DNA of 64,000 nucleotides from Camelus ferus (lineage: Eukaryota): NCBI RefSeq assembly GCF_009834535.1, contig NC_045696.1, positions 87,980,001-88,044,000 of the forward strand. Direction: 5' to 3'. Positions within the stretch are counted from its first letter, which is position 1. Every line of letters starts with the position of its first letter. Below, piece by piece: positions 14,031 to 26,570 of the stretch. Below the pieces are notes generated by a model. That model ran no database searches. It was not told the DNA's origin and saw only the letters and a program-made list of their open reading frames with translations. Made by a program: the position numbers and the translations under genes.

Positions 14031-15499
14031 CTGAATAATAAATGTCACAGAAAAATGTTTAGAAGTTTAGAACTACACACAAGATATAAATGAAACGGGT
14101 CAAGAGTTAAGACATGTTTCTAGCTAAAGATTGAGTTCCATTCTATTCAACTATCTAAAATACAGAAATACGATTTTTACCAGCACAAATTAAATTAAAA
14201 CCAGCATCTTAAGAAGGGTTGTAGAACCAGGATGTCACTAAGACAAGATGAAAATTCTATTTTTATAAACCTGACAGTAAGGGGAATGAAAAAAGGAAAT
14301 AAAGTTGGAAGTGCCTGTCTCTTTACAGTAAATGAAATGGGCTATTGCATGCAGAGTTGTCAGGAATATTATAATTACTGATGGTTCAACCTGAAAATTT
14401 TATGGAATCAGATGTTAAAACTCTTCTCAAAACTCTTAATGGAACCAGCATTTAGGATACATGCTGAGTATTTTCCTTGCACTTCATAAAATCCTCTATC
14501 TCACATCAAAATTTTAGAGGCCACATTATAATCAATTATGCCCACAGAATGTTGGCACATGCAAGAAGGTCACAGAGAAGCCTTTACGTCTCATGTAAAA
14601 CACCATCACAGCATTACAATATACTATCATACTCATTTCATTTTACCAGAAGCCTGACAAAATAATCAAATTCCCTGAATTAAAACTGAATTATTTTCCT
14701 CCTTTAATCAGCACAGCCTGCTTCACAAATTCAAAGGTCAATGTTCACTATATTTCTTTTACCCTCTTCCAATCCATGATTTCAAGCCATCATGACTTAT
14801 ACTAAATAGTCCTAAGCCTATTGTCTTTCATGTGAATTTTCTCCCTCCCCACAAGTTATTCAAGGGGAAAAAGAGGTTAGAGCAGTCTAGGAAAGGGGCA
14901 GGGGTGAGCAATTCAGGAGAGTACAAGGTCCCCACAGTTCCACCGCTATGGCTGTGTCTTGCCGCCACCCAGTATCACACCGCAGTGCAACCAGCAACTG
15001 GGTTTTGCTTGTCCAGTTCACTCCGTAAACACAGTTCCTTGGGGAGGGTCAATCTTTCTCAGGTTTGAGCTCTTTGGAGGCATTACTCTTCCAAGCTCAG
15101 GTCACGCTACAGTGACAGTCTAAGGGGGCTTCCAGCATTAGCTGTGTTTTCTGCCAAAAGCTTCATTCACTGCAGAGTCTTTGTTTGGAGTCCAAAGATA
15201 TCAAATTAGAACTGCCTCAAGTTAATTTTACTAAAGGCAGTTTTATTTCAGGCGCCTCACTGTCCATCTTTGCACCTGAGACTTGTTCAGAGAAACTCTA
15301 GTCCAGCCTTAAACAGTCTTCGTAGCTGCATGTCCTGGGAAAATGATTCCCTTCTTTCCATAAGACCCAATGACCCCAATGCAGAATAATCCATTTCCTC
15401 TCCAAAGTCTTTGCACACCAGGAATCTCAAGGGGAGAAGAGCCCTGAAGGGCAAAAATATATTTTACTGAAACTTCATCACAAGAAAATGGGTACCCAC

Positions 15500-15889
15500 C
15501 ATAATAAATACTGCAGGTGCCCTGGTCCTACTCCCTGGCAGTCACCATCAACCTTCCTCCCAACTGCAAGCACTCTGCCTCAGGGCCTTTGGACACCGGG
15601 ATGAACTCTGCCCATATACTGGACAGGCCAGAAGTCCTGGGGAGTTAACCATTACCCACAAGTGGGGTACTCAAAGGAATGTTCTACCCTGTTTCCAGCA
15701 TTCTCCCATAGGCTTGGGGTCCAGTGGCCCATGGTAATCATCTGCTTACTAACTCATTTTCATTGGCTTCTTTTCCCTAATCCCTTCCATGCTTCTCTAC
15801 CAATGATTCCTGAGATCACCTCCCAGTAAACTAATTGCACTTGAATCCTTCTTTCAGAGTTTATTCCTGGTGGAACACAAACTAAGACA
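15500..15889 (+). mobile_element. ERVL LTR (LTR33-like)
   Basis: 3' end tcacctcccagtaaactaattgcacttgaatcc...ggaacacaaactaagaca; 5' boundary approximate. Confidence 0.65.
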
Positions 15890-17451
15890 CTCACTAACTC
15901 AGCCTCAACCATAGGACCAAGGCTGGAGAGTCTGGAACAATGTCAGATGTACAGTCTCAGAATATGCCGGCCAAGCAGAGCACAAAATCCAAGCAGGGAA
16001 GGAAAGCCAGGCAGGTGGTCAACAGGCTCCGGTCCTAATTGGAGTCGTTAAGAGAAGGCAGAACATAGAGGCAGCAACAGGGAAAGAATTCATACATAAA
16101 TGATATGGGCTGTTAGCACCTTCCCCAGCTCCCAGGCAGGGGGAAGCCCTAGGGAGGAACACACAGGTTCCCGAATGATGAATTCATGTGTTTCAGAGCA
16201 CCAGTGATGAGACACCTTCACAGCAGGAGGAAGGGCTGCAGCCATGTAGATCAGAATTGCTTCTCTATTATCACCAATGTGTACACTCTCATCATGTCCC
16301 AAGAGACCTCTCTGAAAATAAATCTTGTCTTTCCAGCAAAATTATACATTTAAATAGATTCCTCAGACTAAGCATAGTCCAGGGTATTCAACAAAATCAA
16401 GTCAGACATACACGGCTTGAATGTTTACATGGATACCTGTGTATCCAAACCAATAAACCTCAAATAACAGTACTCGTGCTGCTTTCTCATTTATAGGTGA
16501 TTACATACATCGTTGAATTTTCCTGGCCATTTTGCATGGCCAATAGGAAGAAGTGTCTTTTACATTCATAGTCTTACACAGACAGCGTCTGTGTGTCTGT
16601 TGAGTTACTGTGTACAAACTGGGTCACTTAGAATCACTGGAATCTCAGTGAAGTCTGGTAGTAAACTCCTGCCTAAATTATAGATGTTAATATTCTCTCA
16701 ATTGACTTGCAGCAATCCCAATTTCTGCTCAGAATTAAAGGTAATATATAAGTAACCATATTTTTAGAGCTTTAAAATAGAGCAGGTTTTCCCTCCTTTT
16801 ACTCCTTCTGCTTTCTCTTGAAAATAGACCTTAGTCTGTCAAGCAAACATACACAAATTGTTCTTTGGGAAAATTATTCTGTGGGGCTTATTTTTCTATG
16901 CCAGGATATTTCAGTCGCTAGATATGTTTGATGTGACTGTTGCATTCTACGTATAAAAATCTGGTCATGACAATTTCAAAGCTTGGAAAAACTTTGACAC
17001 ATCAGCAAACTAAGAAGGAAGTTGGATTGGTTGCTTAAAATGATATTTAAACAATTGCTTTATCTCCCAAGAGGTAATAAGAAGCAACAAATATTATCAC
17101 AAATTTTCATCACCATTTTCATCTTCTACCCCTGATTCTAGAAAATTACACTTCAGTATCTGTTGATTCTTCACTATAGGAAAAGGACTGAGATATTTTC
17201 TTTAGCCGGGTTGGGGTTGAGGGAACAGGAAGGTATGAATATGCATAGTATCTGGCTTGAAGAAAAAAATCAAGCCAGACAAAACATGAGCAAGTTGGTC
17301 AAGTTATTCAGCCTTCCTGTGATGCACATATCTAGGTAAAATTAAGGTACTAATAATACCTACAGGGTTTTAATGAGTAGAAGAAAATAATTCTTAAATG
17401 TTTAGCATTGAGTCTGGCACTATGTATGTCTTAGGTTTTAGTAAAATGTGC

Positions 17452-17605
17452 TTTTTTTTAATTTTGTTTTTTATTGAAGTGCAGTTGATTTACAATGTTA
17501 GTTTCAGGTGCACAGCAAAGCGATTCCGTTATACACATACATATATTTTTTCTCAGATTCTTTTCCATTATATGTAATTACAAAAAATTGAATATAGTTC
17601 CCTGT
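17452..17605 (-). mobile_element. Short 5'-truncated lineage-specific L1 3' end
   Basis: poly-T followed by ttattgaagtgcagttgatttacaatgttagtttcaggtgcacagcaaag...aatatagttccctgtg. Confidence 0.8.
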
Positions 17606-18033
17606 GTAAAAGGTGGTGTTTAACATGAAATACTTAAGACACACAAATGTTATCAAGTTAAAAAGTGGAATTCTGTAGGATTCAACAAAAGCCATTCTAT
17701 TATTTTCCCTCACTCTGCCTTTAAACTCAACATTTGAACTTATACTTCATTGTCCTTCTTGACAAGATCTTGGCCTACCTCTACATTTCCAGTCAATCTT
17801 AGATAATTTTTAAGTCCTCTGGTCATATTTAGTCACAAAATAATCTATCAGAACTAAAACATATATTAACCCTGTGTAGTGGTCAAAATTCCAATCTCCC
17901 TTTCCAGTTCAACTCTTCCTCTTCTGCAATTTAGGGTCACCTTCAGCTGGAAGGCTGCAGGGGCAAACTGCTCTACCTTGAGATTATTGAGATTACCCTC
18001 CTCCAGGAGGGACTCAAAGATTTCTAGCCATGA

Positions 18034-18194
18034 TTTCTTTCTTTCTTTCTCTTTCTTTCTCTCTTTCTTTCTCTCTTTCTCTCTTTCTCTCTTTCTTTTC
18101 CTTTCTTTCTTTCTTCCTTCCTTCCTTCCTTTCTTTTTCTTTCTTTCTTTTTCTTTCTTTCTTTTTCTTTCTTTCTTTTTCTTTCTTTCTTTTC
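18034..18194. repeat. Polypyrimidine microsatellite (TTTC/TCTT/TTCC)n, the expanded tail of the adjacent antisense L1
   Basis: About 160 bp of only C and T, directly abutting the L1 3' end at 18195. Confidence 0.9.
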
Positions 18195-18408
18195 TGAAGT
18201 ATAATCAGTTTACAATGTTGTGTTAATTTCAGAATACAGCATAGTGATTCAGTTATACACATATATATTTTTCATACTCTTTTTCATTACACACTATTAC
18301 AAGATATTGAGTATAGTTCCCTGTGTGTCACAGGAGGACCCTGTTTATCTATTTTATATATAGTAGTATCTGCAAATCTTGAACTTCCAATTTGTCCCTC
18401 TCCACCCC
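18195..18408 (-). mobile_element. 5'-truncated lineage-specific L1 3' end
   Basis: gaagtataatcagtttacaatgttgtgttaatttcagaatacagcatagtgattcag...tttatctattttatatatagtagtatctgcaaatc. Confidence 0.85.
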
Positions 18409-18429
18409 TGGTTTTTGAGACTGTCATTT

Positions 18430-18770
18430 GCCCAAGAGGTACTCAAATTAGAATGAGGTCATTAGGGTGGACCTGAGTCCAATATTACCAGTGTCCTTCT
18501 AAGAATTAGCAAATATAGACCTAAACACGTACACACACACAGAGCGCCATGTAAAGATGAAAGCAGAGATGAAATGATGCTTCCACAAGCCAAGCAAAGT
18601 ATCGGAAGCTTAGGCAGGTACCCAGAGCAAAGTCTCCCCTCACAGCCCTCAGAAGAGGCAACCCTGCCAATACGTTGATGTCAGACTTCCAGGCTCCAAG
18701 GGCTGTGAGACAGGTTTCTATTGTTTAAAGCCATTCGGTTTGTGCTACTTTGTTACAATAGCCCAAAAAA
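18430..18770 (+). mobile_element. MaLR LTR (MLT1C-like)
   Basis: aatgaggtcattagggtggacct...cagccctcagaagaggcaaccctgccaa...ctttgttacaatagccc. Confidence 0.8.
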
Positions 18771-20437
18771 TCTATTTTACTATATATTATGCACTCACAC
18801 CCTAGCTTGCACAAGTATATTTACACATATATGTATTACACATAGATTATGTATATAAAATGAAACCAACTCCTTTAAATTCTTTTTGAATATTTCTTTT
18901 TCTAAATAGCCTAGAGTTGTTTATTTTTACCACAGTGTTTCATTCAAAGCATTGTCTCATTCAGTATTTTAAAGGAGTTGTAAAGAAAATCAAAAAATTA
19001 GGAAATGTATTATTTTCTCAGTTACTTATCATTTTTCTGAGTCAAAGTTTTTCATTCACTTTCAAGATAAGTTATAATTTAAAATGGGAGTGGCAGAGAT
19101 TAAAATTTGATCACACAGATTATTCCTGACATCTTGACAATTCAATACCATCAAATACTTTTAAGCCCTGTTTAAGAAACAATTCTTAAAGTTTATGGTT
19201 TAGAAATAAACTAAAAATTACTCTGGGCATTCAGAGTTACCTGGTCCTTGTTAGAAGAAACAGAATTAATATTTAATGAAATTAGTAATTCCATCATTTT
19301 ATTTCTAAGAGCAACTGAGTTGAAATAATTTCTTTCACTTTTATTCAAACATTTCCTGCTAATGCAGTGAACGTCTTCTAAATGTAAGTATAGAAAGGAG
19401 CCGAATGAGGTTTAATAAAGGTCTGGTTAGTCCAGGTGTATCTTGTGTCTTACCAAACCCTGATTTCAGATTAGACATTCTGGAAAATGACTTACTGAGA
19501 GGTGGTTTTACTTATTATCGCTAAAGTCACATCAGCCATTTACTTCTCCTCACTCGGCATATGTTACTTTCCCAAGACAGACAAAGAATTAACTTCTTAC
19601 TCATTTAGACATCCACTCTAATTGTTTTGAACTTTCTTGGCCAAATGGAGGAATCATTTTTCTAGTCTTAAAATAAAACAGTAGCGTTTTTGTTCCCCCA
19701 AGAGAAAATTAATTCCAACCACAAAAGCACTGCACTCTAGTTCAAGGGAATGTGTGAATTAATTAGTGTTAGAAGTAAAAAAATCCTTTTTCTTATTCAC
19801 ATACCTTTTGTCTTGGTTATTCCAAACACTGACTGCTTTTGTTCAGTGCTTAAAAGGAATGGGGCATGTTTTTCAAGCATGTTTGGCATAGAGACGGACA
19901 GATAACATTACACCTCAGAGGAATTTCTATACGTTTGATTTAATAACTTTCTCAAGACACTAATTGTAATTTGAATTCTCATCCAGCCAAAACTTAGATT
20001 ACAATTAAAAACCTATTTTGATAAATCAATAGTGGAACTTAACAGAGAGCTTTAGGCGCTCCTGACAAGACCAGACCAGCCTCATTAAAGCCATCAAGTC
20101 CCAGAATTTCCTTTTTCCCTTCTGTTTTGTTTCTTAATACTTAAGGCCTCCAGAAACAAAGAAATTAAGATTGGAGAGAAGGCATAAAGAAAGTAACAAA
20201 TTCAAGCAAGAAAATTTGGGATGATATTATCTAAAAAACTTCAGCAAATTCTTAACATAGCATCTAATTTCCAATGTCTCAGATACACAGGGTTCCCAAG
20301 AGGCTCTGGTTTTCTGGAAGAGGCTGACAGAGTTGAAATGTTGTAAAGCTAAGTCATTTCCATGGTAAGTTATTTCAGACTACCTGAAAGACCAACTTTT
20401 GAGTATGGTACATGCGTGGGGATTCATCTTGTATTAC

Positions 20438-20620
20438 CTTCAAGACTCCAAAAAAGCTCTAAGCCAGGGAGAATTAGCAGCTCCTTCTTCACAGAGAACC
20501 TGCATGCCTCCGGAGAACACTGCGTTTCTGTGGTGCTACCCGTGCTATTTATACGGCTCCACCCAGGCGTATACCAGTTTCAGGTGTCAGTGATGAATCA
20601 ATCATTACTTAAATCAACCA
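20438..20620 (-). promoter_or_regulatory. Candidate TATA-box promoter plus ~84-nt non-coding first exon
   Basis: Minus strand: TATAAATA (20553-20546), Inr-like GCAGTGT with its A at 20521, donor GAAG|GTAATA at 20438/20437; upstream TGATTGAT and TGACACCT motifs; non-repetitive context. Confidence 0.35.
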
Positions 20621-20749
20621 CACAATTGCATTTGCTCCTTCATGGAGCCATGATAATTCTACAGAAAATAATGTTTTCCTAATTAAAGTTCAGAAACATT
20701 TGGTTTTTTATCACTGGTTACTCATAACTGGCCCTACATAAGGCAAAGA

Positions 20750-20935
20750 ACAGAACGGTTGCTCTCAACATTTGCCTCGTATTAGAATTACTTGGGGAGC
20801 CTTTAAATCTCCCAACGCTGAGACCCCCCACCCTCTACCAATTAAATCAGAATGTCTAAGAGTAGGAACCAGGCATTAGGATTTTTTTTAATCTCTAGGT
20901 GATTCCAATGTGCAGCAAACTTTGGGAACCAATGA
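20750..20935. mobile_element. MER5A-like DNA transposon
   Basis: attagaattacttggggagcc...accaattaaatcagaat...ggtgattccaatgtgcagcaaactttgggaacca. Confidence 0.8.
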
Positions 20936-22996
20936 AGCAGAGTTTCAAAGGAAATTAATGGCAGAAACACAGACAAGGGCTAAGGAAGAAAAGGACAAGA
21001 TTACCCTGTCTGGAAACCATAAGCTCAAATATTTGGATATGTTTCCTTTTGAAATGGAGCGTGAGCATGCATTACGAAAATGAGGCACACATGTTTGCCC
21101 GCACACCCCGGTGAGAGCTAAATGCCCATTTATAATTCTGTAGGACTTGACACTGTTTGGGCACACGTTTGATAGTTTGTCAAAATGCTACAAGGGATAT
21201 AAAAGGGATTGATTGGGAAATCAATAAACGAATGACCTAGAATAAATGACCTTGCACACTTTAAGTATTTTGTTCACAAAGTAGCAGCAGCCATTAAGGA
21301 CAACTGATATTGCTTGCACCTGCTCTGCTCTCCCTACAAAGGAAGCTTTGAGACCTTGGACAAGAGCACAGCTGCAATCAAATAGATTGATTTCCAAATA
21401 GAATCAGAGGCGGTGTGAGTTTTCAGAAGCCATTGGGGAGGAAACAGGAAGAGAAATTGCAACCAGAAACCATGCTTGCCCTCTTTGAGAACTATCTTGG
21501 GAACCATCTTGTCTCTCTCTAAGAAATGGCGGGAAGTACTGTGTACACCACCACCAAGTAAACCAAGTAGACTAATCCATCATCCGATTTGAGGGTGCAG
21601 CAGAGAAAGTAAATTAGACACATAATAAAGCCGTGGAGAAAGAACAGAACTGAAACAAAAATCCCATGCAAAATCTCACACTGTAGTTTACCAACCTCCT
21701 TTTGCCAACTGGTTTATAAAGTCTTCAGAATTAGGTCTCTACCTAATGAATGCTGCTCTGCACTGAGATGAATTCTGACTATGCCCCCGGATTAGCATGC
21801 CCTGGAACACTCACTTTCCTTCCAGTCTCCCATCACACAGACAATGCCAATGTCCCTGTGCCCCGTCTGGACGCCCCTCCATTAGACTCTCAGATCACAT
21901 GAACAACCCTTCTCACCCAGGGAAATACTTGACTGCTCCGAGAAGACTTTTGGGTTTCATGGGGCGCCATGAAGTTTCCTCAAGACTTTCTGCCTACACC
22001 CAACAAAACTCTGAGGTGGAGCTTTCTACATTTCAGGCCCCAGAGAGGAAGCAAGGAATAATCTCGCAATCTTCATATCTACTCTTTTGTTCATATTTCT
22101 GTTGACAGCTTCTGTCTCTGTTTGCTCATCTAGGTGGTTTTACACATCATTGGTGGAGAAACAGCTAAGGGTGTGCTCTGCCCCAGTTGCTCATCTGACT
22201 ACCAGTCCATGTGGTGATACTGATGCTAAAGAAGTAGGGTAGTGAGCACTGATGACTGGGCCTGCGCGAGTACTCCCAAAGTCTCAAACAGATTCAGAAT
22301 CACATATTTTATAGACTCAGAATCTCCTCTTTTTGGTTCTTTTTGCCCACAACCTCTTGTGGGGTCAGCTGTTTCACCCCCCTGGGTGATACCACAGTGC
22401 TACTGCTACACAGTACAAGTTAGTCTGTACATCCAATTTTTGTTTTACCATTTTTATATGATGGAGACAGGTTTAGTATCCTAGGCAACCATGTCTGATT
22501 CCTGTGCAATCCTTGTTGATGACAGTCATAATGCTAGTTTCTTTTTCCCCATGTAATGGTTTACATCATATACTTCTGTGACCCAAAGTTTGGCAAAGTA
22601 TCAGCCATTTACTTTTTTATTGTGTCTTATATTCACCAATTGGTATTAAATTGACCTAATTTTTCCCTATTTTTGTACTTCTTGATCTGTTTTTCAGGAG
22701 AATTTGTTTTTCTTCAGATGGTAAAGCCTACTGGTTTCCAAAATTTGACATTATTTAACTATTTTGACATATTTCATGTCAAATATACCTCTTTAAATCT
22801 CACAACTTATTCAACAAATATATAGTGAGCAGTTTATATTTTCTAGGAAGGTGTCTATCTATAGATGTAAGTTTAGAAATCACCAGCAAACAAAAGGTAA
22901 TTCTTTCCATGGGACTAGAAGGTGTCACCTAAGAAAATACTGTTGAAAGAGAAGAATAGAGTTTAAAGTTTGATCCTCACGACATTGGAACGATTA

Positions 22997-23593
22997 TATT
23001 AGGCAGTTAGACAGAAATGAGCACTGGGCAGGGGGAGAGGACGGGGAAAGGAACAACCCAGAAAATAACAGTATGCCTGCACTCAGGATAAGGGACTCCA
23101 GAAACTTCTATTTTCTCTAAATGAGAGCAGCTAAAATCAAAACTGCAGCTGCACAAAAGAGAGAAGGACCCGGCGTAACTTGACCCAATGCTCATTATAA
23201 TGTAATTAACATTACAGTTGGAGCCCCCTTCTGTGGGTTTCTCTGTGTGCTTCATGGGTAGGAACCTGCCCAAAAGGCGATGGGCATGCCAGAGCACAAG
23301 GACCTGAGCTGTCAATCGGCCTGAGTAATCAAATAACCAGAGCCATTAATCAATCAATCACAAAAAAAACGCCCCTAAGCCAGGATATAAAACAGGAAAA
23401 ACAAAGGAGAGGCACCATCTTCCTCTCTTGGAACGGCCTGCTCCCAATTCTCGGCCGTGTACTATCTTTTACTCCCTTTTTACTCTACTAATAAAAATCT
23501 TGTTTATATCACACTCTCTGTATCTCGTTAAAATTCTTTTTTTTCAGGTGACTAAGAATCGAGTCAATTTTTATTTCCCTCCTCCCAGTAACA
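22997..23593 (+). mobile_element. Solo ERV LTR inserted in an antisense L2
   Basis: TATA-like gatataaaa at ~23385, AATAAA at ~23490, terminal ...agtaaca; 4-bp flanks ATTA/ATCA; L2-like sequence resumes on both sides. Confidence 0.7.
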
Positions 23594-25879
23594 ATCAGAC
23601 ATCAGAAAAATAACCAGGCTCTACCAAAGGAAATTAAGTTAGAAGGATAACCAAAAGAAAATAGCATCCTGGAAACCAAATGAGAACAAAAATTTTCAGG
23701 AAAGCTGGAGTAATCAGCTGTGTAAAATGCTGCTGATAAGTTGAGTAAAAGGACTGAGAACTGAGCATTAGATTTGGCAGTATGGCATCACTGGTGACCT
23801 TCTTAAGTACAGTTCATACACAGGAAGAGAAAGCATGATTTTTATATGGCTGGGCACACAGAGGCAGTGAAACACTTTCTCTCCGATTCCCAACTTCTCT
23901 CTTCCAATGTGTGACAGGCCTGATATTGAATCAGAGACAATACCCAGCTCTAGAAAACTGCCTGTGTGTATTAACTCAAAATGAGTCACCACTACTCTGT
24001 GCTACAGACACGTGTATCACAGACACATTTTCACCAGAATGGTATCACCTTCTCCAAATGAGCAAAGACCACACCTGATGCTTTGCTGTTTTGTTCCCAA
24101 CTCCTGGCATTGTTCTTGACACACAATGTGAAATGTGTACTTAGGAGAAAACTCCATGCTCAAGTGAAATGCAACGTGGGGAGTTCCATGTTGCACAGCC
24201 CCTCTGTCAGCTTCAGAGGCTATAAGACCCCGTTTGCAAAGGCCATAGCACCAAGGAAGAAAGCTGCTCTGCTTCTGTCATCATCTGAACCATAAAGGTT
24301 GACACCAAAATAGTGCTTTAAATTGTTATGGCGGGCTGGCCATCTGCCCTTGATGACAAGAGGGAATTCATCTAAATAGGTTTACTTCAGAATGTGAGAA
24401 ATAATGTACTTCTCTATCAATATGATTAGAAATTATCCCTCTGAATTGGTCACATTTTGGGGTGCCCTAGAGCCGCATTGTTATGAGACACACGCTGTGT
24501 CAGAGTCAGAAGCCAAGAACTCCAGCTCTAACTTTACCACTAAATGACTGTGTGACATTTGGCAGGTCACGGAACTGCCCTCTGACTGCATTTCCTCATC
24601 TATAAATGGAGCTCTAATAATACTTGCCCTTCCTTCTTCATAGAGTAGTTGTGAGGATGCAAAAATAAAATTAATATGAAAGATTATTTAAAAGCATATA
24701 CTACTATACAAATCCAAAAATGGCATAATAAGATTATGGTTAGATCCAAAGACATTAACTCTAGAGATAAAAGAATAAAAAAACACTACAATCTATAAAT
24801 TCTCCCCTTTATACCTATAAATCCTTCCAGTTATAGTAAAGTGAAGAAAATTCTCTAATGTCAAATTTGTATGTCTATGGGTTAAACATATTTGTTCTAT
24901 TATAAGTTTTTGACAAGCCTCAAATGTTAAATGTATGAGTTTAATACTGTAAACATGAGGATAATTCAAGAAAAACACAAGAAAAAAAGAAAATTTAAGA
25001 TAATAGATAAGACATTTATTAGGGATGGGAATTTTTGGTTAAATAAAAACTTATATTTGGGTGATGAAGAAAGACTTGTACTGTTGTTTCACCTAACACT
25101 GAATATTGGATTTTTAATTTATGGATGAGTTCTGTGTTTATATGCATTTTTATTTTATTATACAAAGCCCTGAGGTGCTTGCTTGAGAAGGTACCCTATA
25201 AATTATGCTGTGTAACTTCATACAGCATAGCCATTAATCACAAGCATTAAACTTTTCTTTACTTTTGGCATTGAACAAAGAAATCTTGGAAACATAAAGG
25301 AAACAGGTCAGGATAAGCTGTTATGACTATTTATCTCACTTTAAAAGAGTTGCCTCAGAACAAGAAAAATGTGTCAGATTTATCATTCCTAACATCACTA
25401 ACTGTCCTAGGTTTGAGCAAGAGTTTTCTGAAACATCCCCTCCCCCCAAAATCTTTATTTTAACATGAGATTTTTCAGCATTCAACCTAGGAAGATATTT
25501 TTTAATTGCTTCTACATAAAGCTTTTCACTCACCCCCTTGGTTTTCATGATGTTTGGAGGCACAGAAATTGAAACTTTTATAAAAATAACCAACACACAA
25601 TGTTAATTTCCCATGGACCAGATTTTTAATTGACTACTCATGGATATCCAAGTCTCCTAAGATCATAACACATCATTTGTGCCTTCCCCATATACAAAAT
25701 AGCACTATCTTTTCACTAGTATGGAAAAGAAAGGAATTAAGTCTCTGATATATAAAGTGTTGTGTGTGTTCAACAGATTATTTTGCATGCTACCTTTTTA
25801 CTAACCCCTGGAGAGAGTATTACACATTGTAAATCCTCATTTAAGAATATATGAAGAATATCTACATAGCAGAATAATT

Positions 25880-26570
25880 TGGCAAGAATGTGAAAAAAAG
25901 AATCCTTGTGCACTCTTGGTGGGAATGTAAAATAGTGCAATTTTTATGGAAAACCGTATGGTAGATCCTCAAATAATTAAAAATAGAATTACTGAGATGA
26001 TTACTGGCAGTCTCACTTCTGGGTATATATCCAAAAGAACTGAAAGTAGTTTCTCGAAGAGATATTTACACATTCATGTTTATTACAGCATTATTCAAAA
26101 TACTCAAGAGATGGAAGCAACCCAAATTACCATCAATGGATGAATGGATAAACAAAGTGTGATATAAGCATACAGTGGAATATTATTCAGTCTTTAAAAG
26201 GAAGCAAATCCTGTCATGTGCTACAACATGAATAAACCTTGAGGACATTATGCTAAGTAAAATAAGCCAATCACAAAAAAAAAAAAGAAAGAAAAGAAAA
26301 GAGAAGAAAAATACTGTGTAATTCTATTTACAGGAGTTATCTAAAGTAATCAAATTCATAGAAACAGTAGAATGGTGATTACTAGAGGCTTGGGGGAGGG
26401 GGAAATGGGAGTTGTTTTTAATGGGTATAGGGTTTCATTTTGCAAGATGAAAAAGTTCTGAAGACCTCTTAAACAATAATGTGAATATACTTAACTACTG
26501 AACTGTATACTTAGAATGGTTAAGGCAGTAAATTTCATGTTATGTGTTTTTTACCACAATAAAAAGAAAA
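25880..26570 (+). mobile_element. L1M (MA/MB-like) ORF2 end and 3' UTR
   Basis: cttggtgggaatgtaaaatagtgca...gaagcaacccaaat...ggacattatgctaagtaaaataagcc...ttttaccacaataaaaa. Confidence 0.9.

Noticed and set aside
17879..18262. ORFs rich in F/S/L (+) and K/E/R (-)
   Set aside because: Translations of the pyrimidine microsatellite and the adjacent L1 end
19445..19495. Minus-strand 26-nt segment ttttccAG-AATGTCTAATCTGAAATCAGGGTTTG-GTAAGA (MSNLKSGF), downstream of the candidate promoter
   Set aside because: Short pyrimidine tract and unrecognised peptide; unsupported without RNA data
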